A DNA stretch of 64,000 bases, from positions 31,124,001-31,188,000 of the forward strand of contig OZ365113.1 in NCBI GenBank assembly GCA_977030845.1. Direction: 5' to 3'. The first letter of the stretch is position 1; the number at the start of each line of letters is the position of its first letter. Both the position numbers and the translations under genes were made by a program. Positions 25,701 through 38,370 of the stretch are shown in pieces. The notes under the pieces are model-generated. The model did no database searches. It saw nothing but the letters and a program-made list of their open reading frames with translations, and was not told the DNA's origin. Origin of the DNA: Fimbriosthenelais zetlandica. Lineage: Eukaryota.

Positions 25701-28700
25701 TTTAAAAACAGAAAACCTACAAAAGCATATCAGCTTCATTTCAAAGTTATTCGACACTTTCTATGTAATGTGTGGGTTCAGTTGAACTTAGATCCTTCTT
25801 GCTCTCAAAGCAACACGATCACGCTATCAAAGAATGGCCATCAACGGTAAAAATAACGGCCTAAATGCAGGGGTGATTCAGGGGTTATTATGGTTATGAA
25901 GAAAAATGAGAGGAAATCAAGGGCCAAGGTTCTACTGATACTGCGACTGGTAAAGCCGAGCAATCCCAGTAAATGGACTTACAGAAGGACAAAGCCAAGG
26001 CTTAGTGGTCAGCGCCAATGCTAAGAAATATCATTATGGAATACCCCGATCGGCCCATATGATCCATGATGTTTGGATCGTAATGGCTTTGTGGCTTGAA
26101 TCAGATTAGAAAGAGGGCGAGCTCTTTGTTTTTCAAGCATTAAGAAGAGATAGGGGTGGATGGTGGTTGGGGAGGGGCTGTGGGTGGGGGTTGTTGGGAT
26201 TATAGACTGGGCACATTAGCTTGGTATCCATGGAGATATGACTGATCACTGATGTGTGATGCTGGATGCCAAAGACTGCCTCCGCCCCTCCCCCTAGTGG
26301 TGGTGGTGGGAGAAAAGACATTAAGATGAGGAGACTGATATTAGAGATGTAGGACGTCTTATAGCTGGACGCTATTCTTTACATACAGCCCCAGGCTTAA
26401 TTTGTTATATACCTGTGGGTGGGGCGCTTACTCAATCTCCTCACAAACCAATATCCTCACAGATTCCAATCCCGTACAATGACTTTACTGTTTAGTGGAA
26501 ACAAAGCTGGATCTTCAATAATAAATTTCACTTAAATGTAATTATTTTACATTTGTATGGGGTTTTTACAGCGGAGAATCGTAGCAAGAACTATTGATAT
26601 GATTATCAGCTCTTTTAGCAAGATCTTGTAATAATAATATTAAGTTTGCCGCAACTTAGTCTCTACTTTGACTGTCCTATCTTTTATAGTGTTAATGATG
26701 AATACCTCAATCCGTTAGCAAACATTTGCCAAATGACTCCTCAAGCGTAATGCAAGTATGTGGTATATAGGCCAACTAGGAATATAATCCTTAATTATTA
26801 TTATTATTTGTGTCATAACAACATAGCATGAAGAGGTTCCCCTAAGGTCAACCTTTTCTATATCCACACCAAGGAATAAATCTTGACAATAATATATTAG
26901 GGGAAATAAGTAAGGTACAACTTGTGACATCTCCACCAAAGTCATGTATATAAGATCCCTTGATGTGACTTAATCTTCCCATCAAGCACTCTATATATAA
27001 TTAGCTCCAGTAATACATGGCCATCCATGCATGTGAATCTTTATATTACTATACATACTTGCAAATGTCACTTCATTTGTTTGATTCAAATGCATACTCC
27101 ACTTATGCATTTGGTTCCCATGGTTTCCCTACCCGTTCATTATACAAGCAAACAACAGGCCCCCTAAGAACAAGGTCCTATATTGCATTTTCAATGTTAT
27201 TATGCCATATGGCCTTGTCAAAAGGGCCAGGCGTCTTGCTGGTTGGTCTTGTAAGGCAGCCAGGGGCTGGGTGGAAATCAAACGAAAACATTAATACCTG
27301 TAATGTGTGTAATTAGAATGTCACAAAATCTGGAGGAGCTGACCCGGAATGACCCGGAGACAAAAGACAGGATTGGCCTGGCCTGGTTTCCCCTGGCGAC
27401 AGGGGCCAGAACTATTATAGACTGCAACCGAGAGCAGAAAGTTCAGTCAACTTTGTCACTCATTAAAAACAGGAATAATTGTCGGGGCCACGATTGAAAG
27501 GTAGAATATATGTGTGTGGATATAATATCTTTGTACGTGCTCGGCAGACATGTAAACATACAAGGAGAAAGGCATTATGGGGAGTGTCTATGAACGTGAG
27601 AATCTATACATTATGTTCATATATCATACCTTGAAATTAAACCTTGAGTTAATGATAAACACCACCGTCTTAGCGATCATTTCCATATTATGCATGAATT
27701 TCCATACATATGTTACACTGTGTGTATGTAATTATCTGAGGCCATGACTATATATCTTCATTTTACATTCACATTCCACCTTTACAAAAGGATATTAATG
27801 GCCTTTCAAATGCTCTCATTGTGCCCCCAGAAATTGCTGCCTTTTTCCATGCCCAGAGAAGGATAATTACAGGGACGCTGTATCTTTAAATGCAAATTGG
27901 GTGACATACGAAAAATAGGCAGAACTAATGATAGGCCAGCATTTATACAAAGTACGAGCTCCGTATTAACCCTCTATTTTCTCTATGATAGTCTCTCTCC
28001 ATTCCTCCTAATCTACCCGTCTCTCCCTTGTGTTTTACCGCATGTCAGTGCGCAATGACGCAGGCAAATTGCGCTTAGCACAAATGAACATATGTCTAAT
28101 CGAGAAAGCCAGAGTCATACTTCATGTTGGAGAAGAAAACCATGAGACATGGTGGCTGTAATTGGTGGAGATTATAGGTGAGATGAAGACAGTCATTGGC
28201 CTTGTTTAAGCGTGATAATTGTGTGTAATTGTGATATGATAAGACAGTGGGGAAGTCATGAAGCCTGGGGCGGTGTGGAGGCACATTAAATGTACCAAAC
28301 TCTAATTCCATGTGTATTACTCTATAGTAGGTGTGTGAATGTGGCATTAGTTTCATTCATTTTAATAATTACATTATAGGCCTACTGGATGGAGATTGAT
28401 GGGTCGGGGAAATAAGGCATTAGTGTCATTCACGTCCACAAAAATTATGACATTACTCCTTTTATCTTCAATTAAAATATAATTACATTGTTTGCTACTG
28501 TATATGGTTGAATTCTCAAGTAAATGTTGAAGTGTATTTAGATTTTTTAATGTACTTAAATGTATGTCTTCTAACCAATGTGTCATGTAGACATATAAGT
28601 GATTTACAACTTTCATTTTGATTTTTTTGCAATAATGAGCGCAATAAACGCTAAATTTGACAGCAATAAAACACACATCTCCTGTGCTAAAAAAATATGA

Positions 28701-30479
28701 TATCAATAAGATGCCCATCCCTTGTGCTAAAGAAACAGCTAAATGGCCAGGGTATATGGAGGTCGGGGAGAGGTCAGAAGAAGATGTTGACTTTTGGTAG
28801 GCGGGTGCCTTATGGCAAAGGGAGACCACCCTCTAACATGTGTATGAATGTGTGACACATGGAACTTTTGCTCCCCTCTGCACATGCACAACACACACGC
28901 TCTCATGCGCATGACACCCTACCAGTGGTCTATAGAAGAGAGAATCTGGTTTGCGTCGTGCGTGCGTGCACATTTATGTGAGGCCATGCATGGCGGAAAA
29001 AAAATACCCCACCAAGATCTAGATGTCATTAATGCCATTCATCATGAATGAGATGCCTCTTGGTGTGGAAGGAAATGTTAATGATATTAAAATATGCACT
29101 CATTCCATGTTTCAGTTTTGACCTTAAATATGACAGCATGAAGGTGAGAAATTACAGTTAAATAGTTAAAAGCTAGATATATATGGATGAGAATTTTATA
29201 AAGCCAATTGGAAAAATTTGCTCAAGTGAGTATAATCGATTTATACATGAGTATCAGTTCAAAGGAAAATTCTTCCAATGCAAACTCAATGGATTACATT
29301 TGATTCCCTGATAATCAAGTACATTAAGAATTAAGGAATGTCAGCCATCGCCCAGTGTGATATTTATTGGGGATGGTTACAGATAGTGTTGGTTTTCAAG
29401 TTTAGGTATATTTGGATCAGACTCTGCTCTGTTAATGAAGGTATGAGGGCGTTTAAAGGGTCACATGACCGGGTGGTTTAGTTCAGAATGACAGTAATTC
29501 ACAATAAATACAATCTTCCCCTTATACATCATCCATGCGGGCCAATTAGCATTCTTCACCTTCATAAATTACCAGCGAAACTAGGCCAAGGTGTGCGATC
29601 CAAAACAACCATCAAATACAAGATCTTTCTTTTTGCACAAGTTGTATTACAGAGTTGCGAACAATTAAGTTGAAATATCATCTGTATCCGTCAGTTGAAG
29701 GATGCAATCTAGATAGTGTTTTTTTCCACTGGAGGCCTTTGAAAAGGCTGGGGCTTATAATCACTGATAATTATATCCAGATAGTTGCTCACTTTGGGCC
29801 CAGTTAATTATAACCTGTCAGAGGCCATGCTACAGACAAAAAGGAGAGCTGCCTACCAAAAAAGCCAGGGAGGCAGAATGGTTGATAGACAACTTATCAT
29901 CCACTGGCCAAGAGGATAAGGAGGAGCAAGGAGAATAGTTTTCAGTCGAGGGGGGTGAATTCAAAAGAAAGGAACCATCTCTCACTAAGAAGGACCCAAT
30001 TTTAAGCATAGCTGGAAATAGAACTCCGGTAAAATTTGCCTGCATAATTATCTTGGCAGGTGCTGTGTAATTATGCCTTGACTACCAAATTCACAACAAT
30101 GTTATAATGCACAGAGAACCTGGCCTTAAATATAGCTTTCTTTGTGTGCTGTCTTAATTGTTTGGCCTCCCGCTTTAGCAGAAATAAGTGAGCGGTGTAG
30201 TTGATAAAGAAGGAGATTTCAATAAACCATATGCTACACTTCATTTGACAGCTGAAATGGATGAAGACTTGAATTATCCAGACTCTACAGGGAAAGGTCT
30301 CTGCTATAGGTGAATGCTGGGCTTAGAGAAATTGGCAAAATGAGATCTATAGCAGATACAGAGCTGTATAGGTGATAAGTAAACGGGAAAGGAAGGCGAA
30401 TTGAAGGGAGAAAGGAATATAAGACGGATTCAAAGGGAGGATAGAAGGAAGGATGGAGGGATGAAAGTATAATGCTATG

Positions 30480-30520
30480 AACAAATTACGTTCATAATCC
30501 AACAAATTACGATCATAATA
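30480..30520. repeat. 21-bp tandem duplication
   Basis: AACAAATTACGTTCATAAT at 30480 and AACAAATTACGATCATAAT at 30501. Confidence 0.85.
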
Positions 30521-32419
30521 ATTATATACACATTAAAATATACAAACATTTTATGATATAACAGAATATGATTGACCCTCTGGTATGCAATATGGCTTGA
30601 GTCCCTGAAGCTATTATTATACCAAAGTGTAGACATTCTTAATTCGCATCATTTGTTTTCTCATGCCCCAAACAGAAATTTAATATGAGAGTATGCCTTA
30701 CATATGACGATATGTATGGTAAAGCATGGTGGTCTATTGTATTACATCAAGCCCGGTAACATTAGGCCTATGACTTTATACACAGCCCCAGTCTGCCACC
30801 CGCCCACCCCCACCCACCCCTACTCCCTCCCGTCGTTCTCATTATGAACATATCAAATCATAGCCCCTATACAACACTGAATGTCCTAAATAAACCAACA
30901 AAAAGGCCACAATCCCACTTAGAAAACAAAACAGATTTCTACCCCTCTGATCCTCATTTTGGAGGCATTTAAATGTAATATGATGAAAAATACAGCTATT
31001 ATTCCATTATGGATATTTAGCCTGTATAATAAGAAGAATTGGGTTATTCCAGACCCTATTGTCATTTCCACACAAGTTATAAATTAATATGTCCAAACCA
31101 AAATGATGTTTGCATCGCTTGAAAAAGGGATTTGCCGAGACTATATGGAAGAAAAGGATGAAGGATCGAAGGATAAAGAAAGGAGGGAGGGACAGATGAA
31201 ATGTATTACGAGTTTCACATGTTAAAGGCAACATTTAATATTAACATTCATTAATATAAATCAGTAAACCACTTTACGAACATTCATTGTATAATCACAT
31301 TTATGTTCTGGAGTGTAACCTCCAAGCAGGGGGTGGCTTTTTTTTCATAATTTGGGATAATGTCTCTTCTGGTTCAGTTAGCCCATTATCTAGCGCTATA
31401 ATCACGACTCGGGGCAGTACCTTTTGTTCCACCGAGTTCCATACAAAATCAGAGTATGCTAGTGCCTGTGAATGTTGACAAGTTCTAAGCAGGTCCGGCG
31501 TATAGGGAGAGAGGAGGGGGTGTCATGCGCCCCTATACACCAAATCCCAGCACCTTTTGATATTAATCTGTATCTAGGACTTGACTCAGGTTCGCCGGGG
31601 AGGCATCACAAGGGTGCCCATTGTTCCCCCGGCCATCTAGGTCAAGAGTTTTCAATGGGGAAACCAGTGTCCGTGTACAACAAGAGAAGCGGGTATTATT
31701 TCACATTATTCGCCCACCAACTTAATGTATCGCAATGTGTAAGGGGGAAGCAAGGTAATGATGGAATCCTGCTTTCTTTCGCCATGTTTCACCATTTTGC
31801 CTTTGGATCCCACTTTGTCGCCGAGCGCCTTTCTCACCCCCTTTTCCTCACCTTCCAGTTTCGATCTCTTCTATATAAACTAAGACCATCCCCCCCGTCT
31901 TCCTAGCACCATCAACATCATACCCCCTCTTTCCCTATACACCCCATGTTGTTGAACAATGCAACTCTCGGAGCGAAGCTTCCAATTTGAGAATGAATAC
32001 AGGCCTGTCGCCAGCGGCACATGATAACGCCCCAATGCCTCCATGCCGCCATAGCGATAAAAGCAAATGCAAAGGTTTTGCATCAAATTCCATTGCTTCT
32101 CCCCCACCCTCCCACCTTCCATTTCTTTACGCCATATGAACGCCCAAGGATCAGATCTGGAGATGGTGTATTTACTCCCATTTGGACCTCCTTGTCTTGG
32201 CTTGCAGCTTAACAAAAATTTACACCCGACAGTTTTTTTTCCAGAGTGTTTACAGGGGGAGGCAGAGCGTTACAATGTTAATTCTCTGTAATCAGAGTTC
32301 CCTTGTTTGTTCCCAGACACTGTGGATCCTTGATTCCACGCCTTAAAGGAGATGCAATCAGCACACTGCTCGGTTGTCCTTTGTGCTTTTGACTCCAGGA
32401 CGTGAATGCTTTGCCTCTG

Positions 32420-33430
32420 GTCGCCGCTCTTGACGCCATAATGCACATTGATTTTTCACACGGTGATTAACACCAATTAAAATTACAAATATTCTCCATT
32501 TCCTTCAGGATGCCTCGTTTAATCACCCACTTGGTGGTGGGTAGTGGGTCTGTGCTTGCGTCAAACACCATTCATTATAGTGAGAGAGAGACAGACAACG
32601 CGGCTGCTCATCGCCTGATGAAGCTCACTGCTGCCATGGTTTCTCTTTCTCCTTCGTCGCGCGACACAAATTCACAATCAGATGGAAATTACAAGATACA
32701 CCCCCACAGAAAAAATCATTTACATCCCCCAGAGAGAAAAAAACAGAGGCAGGCTTTTTACATGGTAATTAATACATGCATCTGAAACAAACTCGGTGGG
32801 GAAAAAAAGGAGAGAGGGGTGTGTGTTCACCAGTTGAAAGAAAGTGCTTTTCCTAGTTTGGATGCGTCTGAAAGAAAATGTGATTTCGATTGCAGTCGTT
32901 GTGCAGTTACATTATTCACAGAGTTTCTATCAGCCAGATGGGTTGGACTTTTTTCACACTCCGCCATAATAAAGCATAGTGTATTACATGTAAATTGATC
33001 TATTTGCTGCACACAGAGATCTGATTTAAATTCCTTGAATGTCTATAATGCATTTAATTGCTTGCTGGGGGAAAAAGCGTTGCCTTGGAGGGAGGAGGAG
33101 GAGAAGGCTGTTTTGAAAACGAGCTGCGATGCCTTTTTAATAATGACGTCTCTAATTTGACATATTCATTCTATTTGCAAATGAGCCCGTCCTCAGGAGG
33201 GAGGCTGATGAGAGCCCGAGCTATCGGACGCGGACCTAAAAGAAAGCAGTCTTAATAATGCAGAGGCAAACGGAGCGGGGACTGATTAGAAGTGTGGGCC
33301 TGTCACTAGCATCGCACGTAACGGAGAGGAAGGGCGGGAGATTGACAACTCATCGTCAAATGGGAGCTAATTTCATTAGCCAGCAAGGAAAGCATTACAA
33401 ATGGTATGCTTTATTTTGTTATGAATAATT
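32420..33430. promoter_or_regulatory. CNE/enhancer-like block dense in homeodomain and POU-type motifs
   Basis: Many TAAT/ATTA, AATTA and CATTA cores, palindrome ATTTGCAAAT at 33173-33182, TGACGT at about 33143, and more CpG than the flanks. Confidence 0.3.
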
Positions 33431-33509
33431 ATCTGGCCAAGTGAGAAATGTGGTTGTTCTGAATTGATGGGAAAGACAGTGGATGGGGAAGAGAGGCGGA
33501 GGGAGAGAA

Positions 33510-33700
33510 TTCTCTCTTTTCTCCCCATCCCTTATTCTCTCTCCTCTCTTCTCTACCTTCATATATCCCCGTATTCTTCCTCAGTAGTCCTCTCCTTCTC
33601 CATCTATCTCTCCCTTTCTCCCTCTATCTCTCTGTCTATCGGAGTCTCCCTCTCCCCTCTTCTCTACCCATACCTCTATCTCTTTCTCTTTCTTTTCACA
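33510..33700 (+). repeat. CT-rich polypyrimidine tract
   Basis: Near-continuous C/T sequence read directly. Confidence 0.85.
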
Positions 33701-34274
33701 TCGTTCTCGGATGAGGCTTTAATGGCAGTAGTATATGGAGGGAAGATAATGACACTCTGCTATAGATTGCTTCCTTAATGAAGGGAAAATGAAAAACAGC
33801 CATAATGTGGCAAAAAGCCTTCGCTTGGTGGAAGAACCACCCACAAGTGTCTTAGAAGAAAACCATAGCTAAGAGAGGCAGATGGAATGGGAGATAGATA
33901 GTGACATAAAATCATCAGGCACGGTCTAATGTTGCATATCAAAAACCAGCTTTATGTATAAATATTATATTTGAAAAGCAATTAATGCTACATCGAATCT
34001 ACATATCATACCAAAAATCAGACACTAATTATGAAACAGTTTAACTACTAAAGTAAAATATCGGATTTGATCCTTATAAATGACCCCTTGGTGAATCACA
34101 CAGCCTGCATGGGTGGGCTGGTGTGTGTTTTATTTTGGTATTTCATATATTGTAATTAATCCTATGTTTGGTTAAGAAGGCTTGATGACGGCCAGCCTGT
34201 ACCATATCCCTGCCAATGGTCAAGTTCCCTGTGGTCAGTGTTTATGTGAATGTCTCTCTGTGTATATGTATGTT

Positions 34275-34360
34275 GTGGTCAGGGCCAGACTTGAACCCTT
34301 GACCGATGTGGACGCCCAGAAGCGCTCTTCCCTATAGCCACTAGATACTGGCTCCTCCCC
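34275..34360 (-). mobile_element. Possible decayed tRNA-derived SINE head
   Basis: Minus strand has an A-box-like TATCTAGTGG (+ strand 34338-34347) and a B-box-like GGTTCAAGTC (+ strand 34288-34297) about 40 nt apart, tRNA-like spacing. I could not fold a cloverleaf, and no tail or target-site duplication is visible. Confidence 0.3.
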
Positions 34361-35167
34361 ATGTGATATTTGTGAACTACTGTGAGGGGGGAGTTGGTGA
34401 GGAGGGAGCCGTGATCAGCCGAGTGTGGCTCTGTGATTCATCTCCATCCAAACTTAACAATTACAATTATATTTCCGAACCCAAAATATCATGGATATAT
34501 TAATCATTTAATACTGATGGGCTATTTCTCACAAATAAAGGCGTACCAGGGCTTATATGGATGGGCAGGTCTATCTCCGGGCAGATACAGCGTCTGGTCT
34601 TTGACATAATTTTACACAATTTCTATGTTAATGCATTGCCTTACATAACTGAGACGGTTATGTTATGGGCTTTAATAACGACACAAGGAGAGGCATTGAT
34701 AGTGACACCTCCCAACATAAGATAGCCTATAGATCAACAGTGCCTGGGATAGAGCGTGTAACTGGAGCAATGGAACAACACTACGAGGTGGTCAGATTAC
34801 GGGCAGTTACCATGGATTATTGAGGTACTTCACATGGCCTATAGGAGAGGATCACCGACAGCCAGGAGCCCCAAACTGACTCCCGTTACTGTTGCAAATA
34901 AAGACAAGAAGTGATTAAGCCTCGTCATTTGTTTGAGTAACTAATTAGGATGGAATATGAACTGCAGTATGACATAATATATGATGTTATAGATCGATAG
35001 GGTACGCAGCTGGGAGACATTAGTCGTAGGGCTTGGAGATAGTACATCATTGAGGCTGGGTGACATTGTAGAGAGGGCTCTGACATAGGATTAGTTCTCT
35101 TATATAACGTCAATAATACCGAAGTGAGGTCTAAGGACAATGGGTGAGATGGAATGGGAAGACTTAA

Positions 35168-35492
35168 AGCGGCTCTATCACTGATCGCCGAACTTAAAGC
35201 GGTTTTATCACGGTTCACAGGTGAGCGACGATATTTCAACCTGGGATCAACATTTGGCTGGAAGATTCTGGGAAATCTGTTTAGATCTACGCCAACTATA
35301 GTCTGTCCAAACTAAGGACTAAAACCACTATGCTGCATAGAAACGTTCTGCTAGGTTGGGAAAATCTGTGAAATCAGCTTAGATCGTGCAACCTGACTGG
35401 AAAGTGCTGCTAAAAATGGAGTATGCAGTGGAGCAGAGATGCACTAAAATCTGGCTCACTGCATGGTAGCTATGGTTGGTGATAGAGCCGCT
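35168..35492. mobile_element. Non-autonomous DNA transposon (MITE), TTAA-flanked, Kolobok-like
   Basis: Perfect 13-bp terminal inverted repeats AGCGGCTCTATCA (35168-35180) and TGATAGAGCCGCT (35480-35492), each flanked by TTAA (35164-35167, 35493-35496). TTAA target duplication with AG...CT (RR...YY) ends is the Kolobok pattern; piggyBac ends are CCY...RGG. No internal ORF. Confidence 0.65.
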
Positions 35493-35961
35493 TTAAATTC
35501 ATTACTGATGACAAAAATGGAGAGATTTTTCCTTGGTGGAGGCATGTGTCCTGTACATTTAATAGGTACAACAGGGACAATCTTCCCAACAGAAATAGAC
35601 AAAAAATCATAATTACATAATGGAAAGAAATTAAACTAGTAAACTATAGAGCCGCAGGTGTCTAATCATAATGATAAAATCTCTATTGTTCATTTATCAC
35701 ATTCTCAATATCTTTTTACACACATACTATTGTGTTTTACTGCAATAATAAACAATTGATGAAAATTCAGTCGGGGCATGTTCTGGAAGAGTGAACAGCA
35801 ATATTTAGTGTCTTTGAACTCTCCCCTATATAGGCCTACATATATAACTGGTATAGATCCGCTCAGGTCAAGTATATATGAATACATTCATCAGAGCAGA
35901 CTTCCGATGAAAGGATGTAGTTTTGAATCAGGTGAGTGGGGATTATCATTATAATCAACAT

Positions 35962-35992
35962 CTCACCATGGTAACCAAGGTGCCATGGTAAC
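35962..35992. promoter_or_regulatory. Tandem RFX X-box-like sites
   Basis: CCATGGTAAC at 35966-35975 and 35983-35992. The second, GGTGCCATGGTAAC, has one mismatch to GTTGCCATGGYAAC. Confidence 0.35.
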
Positions 35993-37671
35993 AGCATTAT
36001 CCCTTATTTCCCACCCACTGGCCATGTTTTAAACGCAGTAATGATAAAACTAGACATGTCCCAGACCCAGCTTCCTTCCCTTCCCTCCACTACTCAATAA
36101 ACTGAATTATGTCAATTGGATCTGCCTATAAATTAACATATATGCACGTGCTTGTGTGCCACATTCAATATTAAATTTGTTATGTACAGTTAAATGTTCG
36201 TAATATACAAGACATGTAGGCTATGGGAAAAACTAACCTCTTTTTTCAAACACGGCGATTTAAAAAATATATTTCTAAACAAATCAAAGTGGATCCACAA
36301 GAAAGACCCTCAGAATTATCATCTCTTGTAGACTTAAATTTAGCCCCAATTTGCAGGACTATAGCCGGGAGTGTGTTGAGTTAATGGGAGCATGTTTGAG
36401 TCGGTCTAATTGATAAGACACATACACACCTAGCATGAAGGCTTTTATTCTGTCCATGGCTCCAGGTCCTGCATGACAGTCGACCTTAACTCAACCTTCA
36501 TTAGTGCATCTTGTATGGCACTGTTCACGGCCTGGCCAGTCTGCTGGCCTCTCATAATTAGAAACGCAACTCAAAACATCCAGGCCCCCCCACACACAGA
36601 CAGACAGACCTTCTCCTCTTTTCTCGACAATACAAATAATTACTAGGTCACAAAAATGCCACCCATTGACTTCCCAGATGTGATTTATTTTTAATGAGTT
36701 ATCTAGTGTATGATTGTTTTTTGTTCTATGTTCAAGGGACAATATAAAAGATTTGGGGGAAAAATGTAGGAAGCAGAAGGGGGATTGGTTAATTACAAGT
36801 GGTCATATCTGAGTTTTGCAGACGTGGTTGGAGAAGGGTCAGGGCTGATCGAGAACATGTCGGTCTGTTTAATCCCACTAATGATAATGGCAAGGGAGAT
36901 AATGTCGGGTTGAGCACCCCAACCGGGTGGATGCCAGCGTCTGTTTTGTGTTGTTATGCCCTTCATTGGGCGCGAGGTTATGAGGACAGCTCACACCGAG
37001 TTAGTTATTAGAATTAATGGTCATGATATCAAGCCTCATGGTCGCGGCCAGGCAGCATGCCAGCTAGATTGTCCCATATAAAGCCTCGTATCCATGTGGA
37101 ATGTATAATTTCTCAACTCTCTGGATTCTCCCCAACCTGTGGTCATCTGGTTAGTGCTAAGCCGCTGATTATAGCCCAATGCAGTAATATAATTAGCTGT
37201 TTGCAAGCCCCATCAAAAGGGATGCCAGATCATATATACTATTGGCGGTACTGTAGGTCAACTATTGGTGGCCAAGTTATGCATGAATTGATCAGATGGT
37301 ATCCGTTTCCAATAATGTATACAATGATGGAGGAAAATCTGGCTTAATTTACATTTGAGACGGTTTAAAATATTACAGAGGGAAAAGTAAATGGGCAATT
37401 CATACACCCTTTGGTATGAATGAATGGGTTAGGGGTATATGGATTACATATTGTGTTCTGCTTTTGGATACCAATGCTTGGCTAGCGCCAGACGCTTGCT
37501 ACATGGGGTCGTTATAGTGGGATGGATGATCGTTTATGATCGCCGAGACAGAACACTGCTCCCTCCCAGCTCCCCCTACCACTTTCCTTGAGACGCCATA
37601 TTTGTCTTATGTATGCTCCAGCCACAAGAGGTCGTGCCGGCCGGCGAACAGCCAATGGGAAGAGGCCTCTC

Positions 37672-37720
37672 GGGTCACATGGTCCGGCCCAGGTCATGTG
37701 ACGCAGGCCAGGTCATGTGA
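37672..37720. promoter_or_regulatory. Triple CATGTG E-box cluster (M-box/CLEAR-like, MiT/TFE or USF type)
   Basis: GGTCACATGG at about 37673, then CCAGGTCATGTGA repeated at 37689-37701 and 37708-37720 (19-bp period). Confidence 0.4.
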
Positions 37721-38309
37721 TAGGGATCGATAGCCGGACGTTTATCAGAATTAATCGCGTAGATCAATAAATGGGCTAATGGATAGAAGGAGGTGAGACT
37801 GACCATTGGAATGACTAGGATGGTATGTGGCTCGATATGAGAGCTGAGAGGGAAATAGCCATTGGTCATTGGCATTAGTGCTTCTTTTTCTGACACTAAG
37901 ATGTATTACTGGTAAACAAGGCTAAGTGTTCCCCAGGCATAAATGGGTACCAAACCCTACTAACAGAATTCAGACTTTTCTTCATAAATATCAACAGAAA
38001 AGATAAACATTTATCAAAATAAAACATAATTATGATGTATGTATACATGTATATCTATCTTTGAAGGCTATTCCTTTAAAGCCTTGGATGAACTGCCTTT
38101 GAAGGCAATATTTAAGAATGACAAAAATGCTCCGATATCTGTAATTACGAATGGTCTTATTTATGAGGGTTGGAAGGCGTTCTGCCAGCCGGGAAATGCC
38201 AACAAGTTTCACTTCTTGTTGTCGTCTGCGCCTATACAATAGATCAAACCAGGTGACGCAACCAGCCCCTTCTCCTTCTCTAACGACCTTCACCCCGCAC
38301 CTGACCCCT

Positions 38310-38370
38310 GGCGACCAATGTCAGCGTCCAGCGCAACTTCCGGTAGGGTAGTTATGACGCATGCGCGGCC
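38310..38370. promoter_or_regulatory. Promoter-like motif island (CCAAT, ETS, CRE-like/NRF1-like)
   Basis: CCAAT 38315-38319, ACTTCCGGT 38336-38344, TGACGCA 38355-38361 overlapping CGCATGCGC 38358-38366; locally CpG-rich. Confidence 0.4.

Noticed and set aside
28374-28829. Longest ORF (151 aa, minus strand)
   Set aside because: AT-rich, no recognisable domain, non-canonical start and composition typical of translated non-coding DNA.
31472-31906. 144-aa plus-strand ORF
   Set aside because: No domain and overlapped by equally unconvincing ORFs in other frames.
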